A DNA stretch of 64,000 nucleotides from Paramecium tetraurelia. Its lineage: Eukaryota. A program made the position numbers and the translations under genes. Every line of letters begins with the position of its first letter. Position 1 is the first letter of the stretch. A model generated the notes under the pieces. The model saw nothing but the letters and a program-made list of their open reading frames with translations, did not search any database and was not told the DNA's origin. Below are positions 13,292 through 26,527 of the stretch, piece by piece. The stretch covers positions 702,601 to 766,600 of the forward strand of contig CT868096.1 of the NCBI GenBank assembly GCA_000165425.1, in the 5' to 3' direction.

Positions 13292-13500
13292 ATGAATATT
13301 CCAAGTGAATATAAATCAGTGACTGATTACGCTGTGATTTGTGGCAAACGATGTCAATTATTTGAAAGTTTGCTAAGAGGTAGAAGATTAAAGAATTTTG
13401 AAGATTGTTTATGTAATACCAATTATAATATTTAGATACTTGCGCAGAGCATGTAAAAGATAATATGGAAAAGTTATAGGCTGATAAATTTGATGAATGA
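13292..13500 (+). CDS. Small twin-CX3C protein (small Tim-like mitochondrial intermembrane-space chaperone candidate), about 61 aa
   Basis: MNIPSEYKSVTDYAVICGKRCQLFESLLRGRRLKNFEDCLYTCAEHVKDNMEKLQADKFDE after removing a 23-nt GTA..TAG intron; two CX3C motifs. Confidence 0.65.
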
Positions 13501-13528
13501 ATAATAAGATATATTATAATGATTGCAT

Positions 13529-14172
13529 TCATTTTTTTAAAAATTGCTTTAATTTTAAATCATCTTCATCTATTTCTTATTCATTGTTCTTTGTAATGGC
13601 ACTCTACAATTTGCTTGTTTATTTCTTTAACTTTTTTTCTTTCTTCTTTTACAATTATTCTTCCAATTGCCTTCTTATTTCTTCAATTGATTTTGGTTTT
13701 TCTTAAGCTTAAACTTAACTCTTAGTAGTTGATTCTTTAATTTATTGCAATTTTTCCTTAACATCAAGTGCAGTCACTTTATCAACTTTCATATTCATTC
13801 CAAGCAATCGATTATGCATTATAGAATTCAAATGATCTAACCATGATAAACTATCAGTAGCTAATTCATCGCACAATTCACAATAGAATCCACTTTGATC
13901 TTTCTTCAATCCCTCTTTGACTACATTTCTTTTTTTCCCAATTGATTCATCAATTCCCACAGAATCAGTACGAGCCTATAACGATTTTGTATATCTGGGA
14001 TTATTCTTATCGTATTCTTCATCTTCACGTTCTTACTAATTAATTATGTTAAACTTACTTTATCGAAGATTTTATGTTCAATGTCCCATTTCTATTTTCC
14101 ATATTCATCTACAGACTTTTTGACTACTTCTTCAACTCCTCTTCTATAAATTGGAATGTTTTGGTCAGCCAT
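13529..14172 (-). CDS. ZMAT2: Matrin-type zinc finger spliceosomal protein ZMAT2/Snu23
   Basis: KWD..LQAR..IDESIGK..SGFYCELCDELATDSLSWLDHLNSIMHNRLLGMNMKV. Confidence 0.85.
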
Positions 14173-15314
14173 TAAAAGTATAAAATATAAATTATAATCA
14201 TCATAATTTTAAAATAATGTCCCATAAAGTGCATTTTAATATTAATTATTCAAGACTCACTAATATCCCTTCTACATAGAATAGTAATTTTCTTTTTTGA
14301 GGCATTCAATTTGATTCAATAAAGCTTCTAATCTACATTTTCATTTATGCAGTCTATTATTATGATGAAGAACTAATGATAGATATTTTTAAAAAGTACC
14401 TCTGAAATTTAATATCTATTTTGTTTAAATTTTCAAATTAGACAAGGTTCTATTTAATTATTTAGTTGCATCTAATTCTATATTTTTCCATCTATATTAT
14501 TTCATAATAGAAATTACAAAATGAGTTTAATCTCTTATAAATTTTTGAGTTTCTTTAGACATTCAGATATATTTTATTTTCATTAAATTAATAATAAAAA
14601 TTGTATTGCAATTAAATTTACCGAAATTTCGAATAGCAATTGATTAAGCTTCAGAAATAAACCACAGTTGTCATAAACAATTAGAATTAATTATAAAAAA
14701 CACATAAAGGATGATAAAGACATTTGGATAAAATTAGGCACATGAAATGATTTTTTGGCAAAGATTCTATCTTGCAAAATTTTATATTTTGGCTTTGTAT
14801 AAGTTATCTTGATAAAACGAAAGCTTAAACTTTAAAAAGATTAACTATCATTAGGTAGCCTCAAAAATTGGCCAAAAAATATTTATATTTTTGAATGGCT
14901 TAAAACAAATATAATGTCTTTGTTTAAATAAATTCGGTGAAAATTAACTAAAGTTCCAACATGGAATCGATAAAATCTTTTGCACTAATTTAAATATACC
15001 AAATTAAGTGGCTTAACCAAATTATAGATATATGTAATAAAGAGATATTTCAATAATTGTCTATTTGAAGAATTAAATTATATATTGGAATCAGTAAAGA
15101 TATTTGAAGGCTATTAAATAAGGGTCTGATGATGTGAGTAGAATTATAATTTTTGGAGATAAAAATTATCAAATATTGACTTATTTTTATTAATGCATTT
15201 ATATATAATATTGAGTTCTTCATGAATTGGGAAATATTATTTTGGTATAATACTTTTACAATTATATTAAAATTAAATGATTATTATTAAATACCTTCAT
15301 AATATAATTTTAAA

Positions 15315-16191
15315 ATGTAAAAAGTTCATATTGCTGCCTTTACAGACGACAAAGTTTTTATTAATTTACTAGATGTATTATTGCATAATTTATCATATTA
15401 AGAAAGAAATTGAAAGACATGTAAAGGAGTATTTTGAAAAAGATCAACCTAATAATGAGAATAAAATTTTGACATCCAATAAGAAAAATAAAAAATAATA
15501 TCACTCTTTCTCTATCCTTCATAAAAATAATATTGTTGTGAAGGATCATAAAAAAATAATCCTTAAGACATTTAGCAACAACACGAAAATTTCTGATATC
15601 AATTACAACTAATTTAATGATATCCCACTATCAGAAAGGTTTAACAAAAGATGCAACATTGCTTAACGGAATTGTTATTTGGGACTTAAATCACAAACTT
15701 AACAAACTTAGAGATCAGAATTTAAATCAATAAATGAAGAAATAATATCATCTCGATTAAGTAAGACATAAAGAAACAATAGAATGGACTCTATATAAGA
15801 GCGTATTGAAATGTACTTATATTGTAATTTATAAAGTTGTAAAGAATACTTAGCTAAGGAATAATAGAGATTGAAGATGGTTGAAGAATAGATAGAAAAA
15901 AATCAATTTCTTCTTGAAGAACTGGCTTAAGAACTTGAGATTGTGAATAGCAACAAAGCAATTTTTAATTCCATAAAGAATTTAGATTAGCAAGTGTATA
16001 AAAATGAACTTAATTGTATTAACTACAAAAAAGTTACTTAAGAGCTCTATGAATTTATCCAATAAATTTAAAAAAAGTATTTTAAGAAATAACAGGAATT
16101 AATTTATCCATTTATTTAGAATTTTAAAAATGAATTAAATTTAATGCTTCTTGAATATGAGCCACAAATTCAACAAAATTAGGTACAATGA
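15315..16191 (+). CDS. Hypothetical coiled-coil protein
   Basis: ATG 15315, one ~28-nt intron, then a long TGA-free frame to TGA 16189-16191. Confidence 0.6.
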
Positions 16192-16409
16192 ATGTTAACT
16201 ATTTATGCTTGTAAATTTAAATAAAATAAATATTAACTTCTTAATGGTTCTGTTAAAGCATAGGAAAGATTAAGATAATCAATACTGAATTGAAGGATAT
16301 TCTTTCTATTTCTTCTGAAATATAAATATATATTATAAAAGATTGAACTAAAATAGTGTATTTCTTATAAACATTATAGTTATATTAATAAATTATTGTT
16401 AATGCAAAA

Positions 16410-17964
16410 TCAATATTAGATGATATATTCATTTAAGTCAATCAAACTACCTTGTTAAATAGACTTGTATAACCATTCTGCATGAATAATTTTTATATTA
16501 GGGTTTGAACTGAGTATTGTTAATGCAGTGGACTTTAACATGATCTTCATTACTATCATTATATCACAAAATTCTTTTGAAGTTATCTAGTTTAATTAAA
16601 TATTTATACCTTTCCACCAAAGTTTTAGATCAATTATTCTAATCCTTACTTCAGAGTTTGATTAATATTCTTTTATTAGGAAGTCTTTGGTTTTGAGAAA
16701 TAAACGTAAAAGTTATAAGGGAACAATATTTCTATTGTAATAATGTTATTAGTACTCTTTTACATATTGTAAGTCAAAAGATAATGAGTAAAAGATATCT
16801 CTTTTTTCTGATTCTGTTGCTATTTGATAATCCATTTTTAAGAAATAATTTTAGTCTACTTATTCAAGCAACAACAACAAAAAACCAAATCATAAACTAG
16901 TTTATCTTCATTGATAACAAGTATATCGCACTTGATTTTCATATCTTCATCTATAACTAACTGATACTAATCTCTTTATTATAATTTAAATTTACTTCAA
17001 ATTTATTTATTCAAATAAATTCAATATGTTATAATCACATGATTTATGTAAAACCAAGTTGAATTTTGAGTCAATTTATTATGTTTTTGATTTTTTATTT
17101 TTGGAACTCTTTTTGGATAACATTTGAGAATTCATTTTTTATGATACTTCTAATTATTCTGTTTCCAATTCTTCATGTATTAGTTCTTATTTATCTTTGT
17201 CATGTATATCTTTGGACGATTTTTTAAAATGAGAAATGGACACATAAGATTTATTGGTGTTTTTAGCTATTTGTTGTAATTGATCCTTGAATTAACTAAA
17301 AATGTGTCTAGTTTTAAATTCATTAGTTTCTTCTTCCTCTTCTTAGATTTATTGATTTGATTGTTTTCCTTTCTTTATATGAACTCTCTATATAAATACA
17401 TAAAATACATCTTTCTTAAGTAATTCTTGAATCTCTTGGGGGGTTAATTGAATTATAGGGAAATTTGAAGCATCGACTTCCCTCTTTTTGGTAAGGCATC
17501 TAAAATAACTTTAAGATTTACTCATTGACCCACATAGGATTGACTATCTTGATATTCCATTCCTTAGCTTTCTCCAATGTACTCAATAAACCATCTAAAT
17601 TTTCAATAGGATTTTACATTGCCAAATCAGATAGTGAGTATGTTTACTTAATTTTTTTACTATGGTGGCACCTAGAGCATAAAGAATCTCATCCTCACAA
17701 TCTGATTGATTTCGATCATTTTATTAGGGACCTGAATAAATTTCAACGTAAATTTTCTAAAGTTTATATTAGAAAAGGTACTTTTTTTGCTAGGCATTGT
17801 GAGATGTTGTTGATAATGCTGATTTGAATTTGATTATCCCTCAAAGTGATAGCACTATGTGAGATCTTCCTTCCAGATTAAACAGCTGATACAGATCTTC
17901 TGTAGGATTTTCTGTTCTATTATTCAGTATGCACAGATGATTGACGTTACTTTCCTTAATTCAT
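16410..17964 (-). CDS. Microcephalin (MCPH1)-like BRCT protein: N-terminal BRCT plus C-terminal BRCT repeat(s)
   Basis: IYVEIYSG..ILYALGATIVKKLSKHTHYLIW..GLLSTLEKAKEWNIKIVNPMWVNECLTKKREVDASNFP. C-terminus ends KIIHAEWLYKSIQQGSLIDLNEY (BRCT W-x3-S/C motif). Confidence 0.75.
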
Positions 17965-18007
17965 AACATTTTTGTTACCTTCATCTTTTTTGGAAAAATT
18001 CGATAGT

Positions 18008-20245
18008 TCAAAATTATTATTAATATATATTCACTTATTATTAAAATGGTTAACTGATTCCCAAGAACTCAGGTGTGAAACAACTATCTTGAAGAGAATG
18101 CATCTTTTATCCAAATTGAGGAATCCCAAATTCCTAATTACATGATAGTTATAATGAATATTAATTTGGTACTGTATTCAACTGATTGCTATTCAAAATT
18201 TACTCCTATTGTTATTAATCTTAAGTTTGAGGTCCTTTATCGTTTGAATCCTCATATTAAATTGACTCAGTTACTGAAGGCAATTTACAGATCTATCCCA
18301 TCTTATGCTAATTAATTTTATAAATAGATTTTTATTAAGTGCTTATCATATAATTTTCTAATATAAGATCCAGAAATAAATAAATTGATAATTCATAGAT
18401 CTCCTTAGTATATTGGTATGATTGTCTGATATTGCTGAGTTTGTTAAGATAACTAATTTGGTAAAACGATGGCACTCTGTTTGGCTGCAGGTTTAGGGGA
18501 GTCTAGATTCCCAATTGATTCCCTTTTTTATAAATGTGACAAATACCATAATGATTCCGTATTAGAGTATTTATTGACTGGGAATACTGATTCATTTATC
18601 TCTAATTTCTATTTAGGTGGAAATATGACATCAATTGTTAATTTAAAAGCATCATCTACACGTATTATATAAATGATTACCCAACATTCTTGGTAGTAAC
18701 ATTTTTAAAATTCCACTTGATTCCTCTATGCAAGGGTTTGTATTAATTTCTATCAACCATGTCTTAAAATCTTGATCTATAATGAAATCATATCCAAAAA
18801 TTTCCATACAGAATTTTCTTTAATGAAGATTCAACTTTCTTTTTACGGATTGCATTGACATCCATACTAGCTATTTCATCTTTGCTACATTATTTTATTA
18901 AAAATCAATATTAAATCCTTATTGATTCAGATAATTTTAAAAATCATCGAATGACAGTTGATTACCATCTTCAAACTCTCCATATTTGTCTGAGTACTTT
19001 TAAATGGCATTGTTTGTGAGATGAATAAATTAATTACTCACATCATCAGTTGTATAATTTTCACAAGATGTGCGTATGTAGCCTTCTTTAAAAAAATAAC
19101 AATGAAGATCCTGGGTAACTAATACCCAGACTCTTATGTCAAACTTCCTTTGATTGATGAGAAATGGTTATTCAATGTACTTCTAGATTACAAAGGAATT
19201 AGCTTTGATATTATTATTCTTTTTGTTATTCTTTACATCGTCATCTTCTATAGTTTGATGTCCTTCCTGATATTCACATATAAGTGATATGATAGTATCC
19301 AAATCATTAACAACATGAATTCCTTGTCCTCTATTTAAAAATGTGGGTTTCAATAACCATAAATATTGATTGCCATTCTAAGTCTTTGGTATTTTATTGG
19401 GTATTGGTTATATTTTCTTATCATTCATTGGTTAGACTGGAATCTGACTTATTATAGTAATTATACTTTTAATTTCTTCTTGTATTCTACCAATTTTTTG
19501 GCCATTTGATCAATTTTCTTGGGAGCATACTTGTCAAAGAACTTAACAAATTAAGTGAATTGCTGGTCAACAGAGTCATCTTTGAAATCTAAGACAAATG
19601 TTAATGGGACTGAATCATATACATTTAATTTGTTTTGCTAAGAAGTTCTTAATAATAAATTGATACTTCACAATATGAACAGAGATTTCTGAACAGATAT
19701 TATTTGTTGCTGAGTTCTGGATGATTTTCAAAATGATTAACCATTTATTTGTATTAATTATTCAAGATCAACCTATCATATTTGTAACCTCTATGCCATT
19801 ATTACCATCTAAAATTAACAAACATGGATGAGTTATCCTTAGTTTACTACCAATCACCTCTGGTATCCATAATTCTTTGTACTAATTCGTGATTGTTTCC
19901 CAATCCCAAATTGTATTTATATTCATTAGATTACTCAATTATTTTTATTGATTTCTCTTTCTGTCTGTGAGTATGCTGATCAGAACAGAACTTCATTTGT
20001 TTTGCAATCAAAATCATAGAAGACTGAACAGCTCCAGGGTTTCTGTAAACTCCTGCTTGAGATTGAACTTTATTGTTCAGGTACTTAAGAAACCTATCAG
20101 GAGATATCGGTTTCTCTTCTGGACTGTTTAATTGTCGATGCTTAGGCATACTGTAAGCCTGTACTTTATGGCCTTGCAATTTTGGGAGTCTAACTTCTTA
20201 ACGATAATTCATGTGAAATCCTGAACCGCTCACTGATAAAAACAT
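18008..20245 (-). CDS. Tubulin-tyrosine ligase-like (TTLL) enzyme
   Basis: WLLKPTFLNRGQGI, FVIQKYIEQPFLINQRKFDIRVWVL, FIHLTNNAIQK, EIFGYDFIID..WLIEINTNP. The 3' end is approximate. Confidence 0.9.
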
Positions 20246-20272
20246 TTAATTTTGTATATTTATATAGATTTC

Positions 20273-21936
20273 ATGTATCAACCCACAGACAGAGAGAAGA
20301 TTGAACTTTACATCTCAGCTCGTAAGCTTGCTAACATGGATGTCATATCAGAGAGTGATCCCAAGTGCAAGATCTTCGTAAGAGACTTTAATGGAGTCGA
20401 ACGATAAATTGGCTAAACCGAAGTCCTTAAAAACAACCTTAATCCTGATTGGAAAGTATTGAAATGCCATATTAGACAACCATTCAAATGGATTTCATCT
20501 TTGAGATTAAATAAGAACTAAGATTTGAGGTTTGGGACCATGATGATGGAACCATTGATAAAGATGATTTAATTGGTGTTGTCAATGTACCCTATTATCA
20601 TTTTATATAGACCACAGTTGGAGAGATTATGGGATCAAGGAATTAGGTTTATACAGGATAGTTGAAATTGAAGAACAAAGCGACTGGAACTCTTTTAATT
20701 AAGGGTGATAAATTGAAGGATGACAATAGATTCATTTTCTGGTAATGGGAGGGCAAGAAAATAAAGAATGTAGATGGCTGGTTTGGCAATTCAGATCCCT
20801 TTTTGAGATTTTATAAATAGTCTGGAAATGATTGGTTGTTTATTCACGAGACTGAATATTGCAAGAACAATGAAAATCCACATTGGAAACCATTTGAAAT
20901 ATCGATGAGTAAATTGAATGCTGGAAATACATTATAGTAAATAAAGGTGGAATGCTGGGATAATCAAACTAATGGAAAACATCAATATATTGGTGATTCC
21001 TTATTCACAATCCATCAAATTGAGAATGAACTAAAAAGAGAATTCATATCTCTCTCTAAAAAAGGCGTATTATATCAATAATTATTTGATAGAGTAATCA
21101 TGGCATCTTATAACTAAAATAATTTAACTTATTTACAAAGCCATCCTTCATTGATTATATCAAAGGAGGGGAGTAGATTAATTTGATGATTGCTGTAGAT
21201 TTCACTGGTTCTAATGGAGATCCCAAATTTCCAAACTCCCTACATTACAATAATCCAAATCAAATGAATCAATATTAATCTGCACTCTATCAAGTTTCAG
21301 AAATATTATTGAATTACGACTTCGATAAGAAAATACCCATGTATGGATTCGGTGGAGTACCCCATTTTCCTAATTATACAAAACATGAGGCAGATCATTG
21401 GTATTCAAATTGAGTCTATCCCTAGCTTTCCTTTGACTGGTAGTTTTTAATAACCAGAGGTATTTGGCCTGGAAGGAATTATGGCCTAATATAGTGGAGC
21501 ACTTCAAAATGTCACCTTATCAGGACCAACATATTTTGCACCAATCATTTAATATGCTTGTTAAACAGCATAACAAAATATAAGCTAAAATATTTATACA
21601 GTTCTAATGATACTGACAGATGGGGAGATTCATGACATGAATTAGACAACTCAATTGATAATTGGTGCTGCAAGAATCCCGCTTTCAATAATTATCATTG
21701 GAGTTGGAGATGAATAGTTTTAATAGATGAAAACTCTTGATGGAGATAGCGGTCCATTGAAAGGTTCATCCTCAAGAGACTTGGTATAATTTGTACCCTT
21801 TAGAGACTTTAAATAATAAGGAGAATTGGCAAGAGAAGTGCTAGCAGAACTCCCAAATTAATTAGTTACCTACAAACAGCTATTAGGATTGTAACCATTA
21901 AAAGTTCCAGATATTCATCTAAGTCAATTGGGATGA
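20273..21936 (+). CDS. Copine (C2-C2-vWA calcium-dependent membrane-binding protein)
   Basis: [92 protein letters not shown]. Confidence 0.95.
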
Positions 21937-22280
21937 AGATGATAAAACATAAAACAAATAGTATATTATAATAATAACTAAAGCTGAAATTTTTTCTCAT
22001 TTATCTTAAATTTTTAATTACAAGATGACTATTAATTTAAACCATTATTATATGTTTTTTGAAATAATCAAATATGGCGAAATAAGTTAATTATCTTATC
22101 AAATTAAGAGATAGAACAAACTCAATATATACCCTTAAATATTTATAAATAATAAAAAAACGAGAAAGAATTTATGTAGTACTCATAAATGAATTATGTG
22201 ACTCTTTAACTTTTACTTCTCCAAAGAATGTGATAGGTAATCAATAAAAGTCTTAAATAGATTTAAAACTAATCTAATTA

Positions 22281-23401
22281 TCATGTATTTGAATTCTATA
22301 AGAATGTTACAATGACAGTGATATAATCAAAACCTTCACTAATTCTTTTCCATTCATATTTTGATTCCTAAATCAATTTATGACAAACTTCTAATGGATC
22401 ATTATTCAGAAAATACTAATAGGTCATTTCTGCTATCTTGTTGAAACCTTAATACTTCATTATTATCTGAAAATTGACACAATCCATCTGAACTAATAAT
22501 TAAAAATCAAATCATCCCTCGTTATCTAATGCTAATTGATATCTCAAATAAATAATTAAATATCCCTGGAACATGAGAAAATCCAACCGACTCAGCTAAT
22601 TAATCTCCTATAATTCCGAATATTGCCAAACCTGGAAATTTGGCACCTTTAATATAACTCTAGATGGCCCTACAGATTAGCCATTCGATAATTTATAAGT
22701 ATTAACAGATCCCCCTTAATGTTCTATACTTTTCTTTTCCTCCAGTAGATGTAGTTTGTGATCGAAGGACAATTCTGTAGTAATTAATTTATCCTATTAT
22801 TTGGGACATAAAATTGTTCTTGGATCTCCCCCAAGCAGACTGAATGAATTATAATTCTAATTACAATTACAATCAAATTAGCAGTTGTACCAAACATAAG
22901 AGAAGCAAAATGAGAATGAGAAGTAACATTAGAATGAGCATTAGCAAATAGTTAGATAAAATCAAATTATTAAAGTCCTTTATTGCATGCTCTAATTTAC
23001 TATTAAATATTCTCTATACATTAAAAATAGTCTCTAACAAATGTAATTATCTAATCACAATCAGTAATATGGCCATCCATAATGGCAAAAACTCCTTGCT
23101 CATCATAAATTATCTCGGCAAGCTCTCTACTTTGATTGGTTTTTATCTCAAAATTCATCAAACCCAGCTTTAGACAAGGATCAACATTGCAGTTGAATTT
23201 CAAATTTCAATTTTTTGGAATTAATGATTCTCCTTGATTCTAATTGTAATGCTGATATAGTTTAAATGTTTTTAGTGAGATTTGTCTATCCATCAATTAG
23301 GGTAATTTGTATTTGTGATCAATGTTTATTTGCTCTTGAGTAGTCTGTCTTTGATTAATTAACGTAGATCTATTTGACTTATGAATATTAACTAATTTCA
23401 T
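22281..23401 (-). pseudogene. PP2C/PPM protein phosphatase pseudogene
   Basis: PP2C blocks (SKAGFD, KTNQ, FAIMDGH, GTTA, LSFDHK, GPSRV, FPGLA..IGD, LIISSDGL) fall in different frames without intron signals. In-frame TGA at 23207-23209; 1-nt deletion near 22655. Confidence 0.8.
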
Positions 23402-23410
23402 TATTAAAAT

Positions 23411-25353
<1,943 letters not shown>

Positions 25354-25417
25354 TTTGGAGTTTTATATAAAAATATACTAAATTTTTTGTTTAATTATCA
25401 AATAATCAATAATAAAA

Positions 25418-26016
25418 ATGTTTTATCAGGTTAAAGGATTAAAAACTAAGTTGTCCATTGAGCCAAACTATTTAGATCAATTAAAAGATTAAAAGTTCAT
25501 ATTAGAATAAATCGTATAGAAATTAGAAGGCAAGTACTTTGATGATGTTGGGTACATCATTTGTATTACTAAATGCATGAATTACAATTAACATATGGAT
25601 GAATAAATAGATGCATTAATTGAAGAGGATGGAACTGTTAGAGTAGTGGTACAATATTCATTTCATATCAGATTAAATTTGAAGCCATAGTATTCAAATT
25701 ATAGGAAAAGGAAATAGTGGACGTAGAAGTTTCGAAATGTGAAGCCCAGGCAGTCTTTGCCAAATTGGGACCAATCGATTTTATCATCCCAAGAGATAAA
25801 TTGCCTGCTAATTTCACCTATTCTAATGTAAATTTAATGTGAATTTAGGAATCATATAAAGAAGAAGATGAAGAAGTGATAAAATAAGGTACAAAATTAA
25901 GAGTCTAAGTTTAAAAGACAAATTATAAACAGGGAAAATTAAGAGCATTCGCTCATTTGACAGGTGACAATTTAGACAATATTTGCGGCATATTGAGTGA
26001 TGATCTGAAGTTATGA
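25418..26016 (+). CDS. RPB7: RNA polymerase II subunit RPB7-like
   Basis: KLEGKYFDDVGYIICI..DGTVRVVIKFEAIVFK..EIVDVEV..FAKLGPI..GTKLRV; two short introns. Confidence 0.75.
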
Positions 26017-26527
26017 TTTATAAATAATTAATGTAAGGCTTAATAATATTCTTAATGTGTTCTATTATATATTGATAATTGTTGAATACTAATATCATAT
26101 AAATAAATACTTCTAATATTTTGATTTATTTATTGTAATTTATATATGAATCAGAATATATATTATTAACTTTATTATGAGTTATTTATTGATCCAAATA
26201 AAGTAAGGTTAATAATTCACTTCTCAAAAAGAAAGAAAATCTCTAATTAAATATTGATGAGTTGAACTTATTTGTCTTCAATTGTGGTTATTTCTATTGT
26301 TTTTAATTAATTTATTCATGATATTTGATGAATGAATAAGTTTTCTATATTTCAAGTATTTATAGATGTTTAACAATTATTTCAAATTAATGACTGAGTT
26401 TAATCACCATCAATTTTCAATTTACTATTGTTTATAAATAAAGATTACTTTGATTGCACATTAATACTATATTGTTACGAAATATGAATTATAAAAAATC
26501 TATATAGGTTTATTTTAATTAATTTAT

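Noticed and set aside
14217..15130. Possible plus-strand gene
   Set aside because: I could not build a TGA-free spliced frame or recognise any motif.
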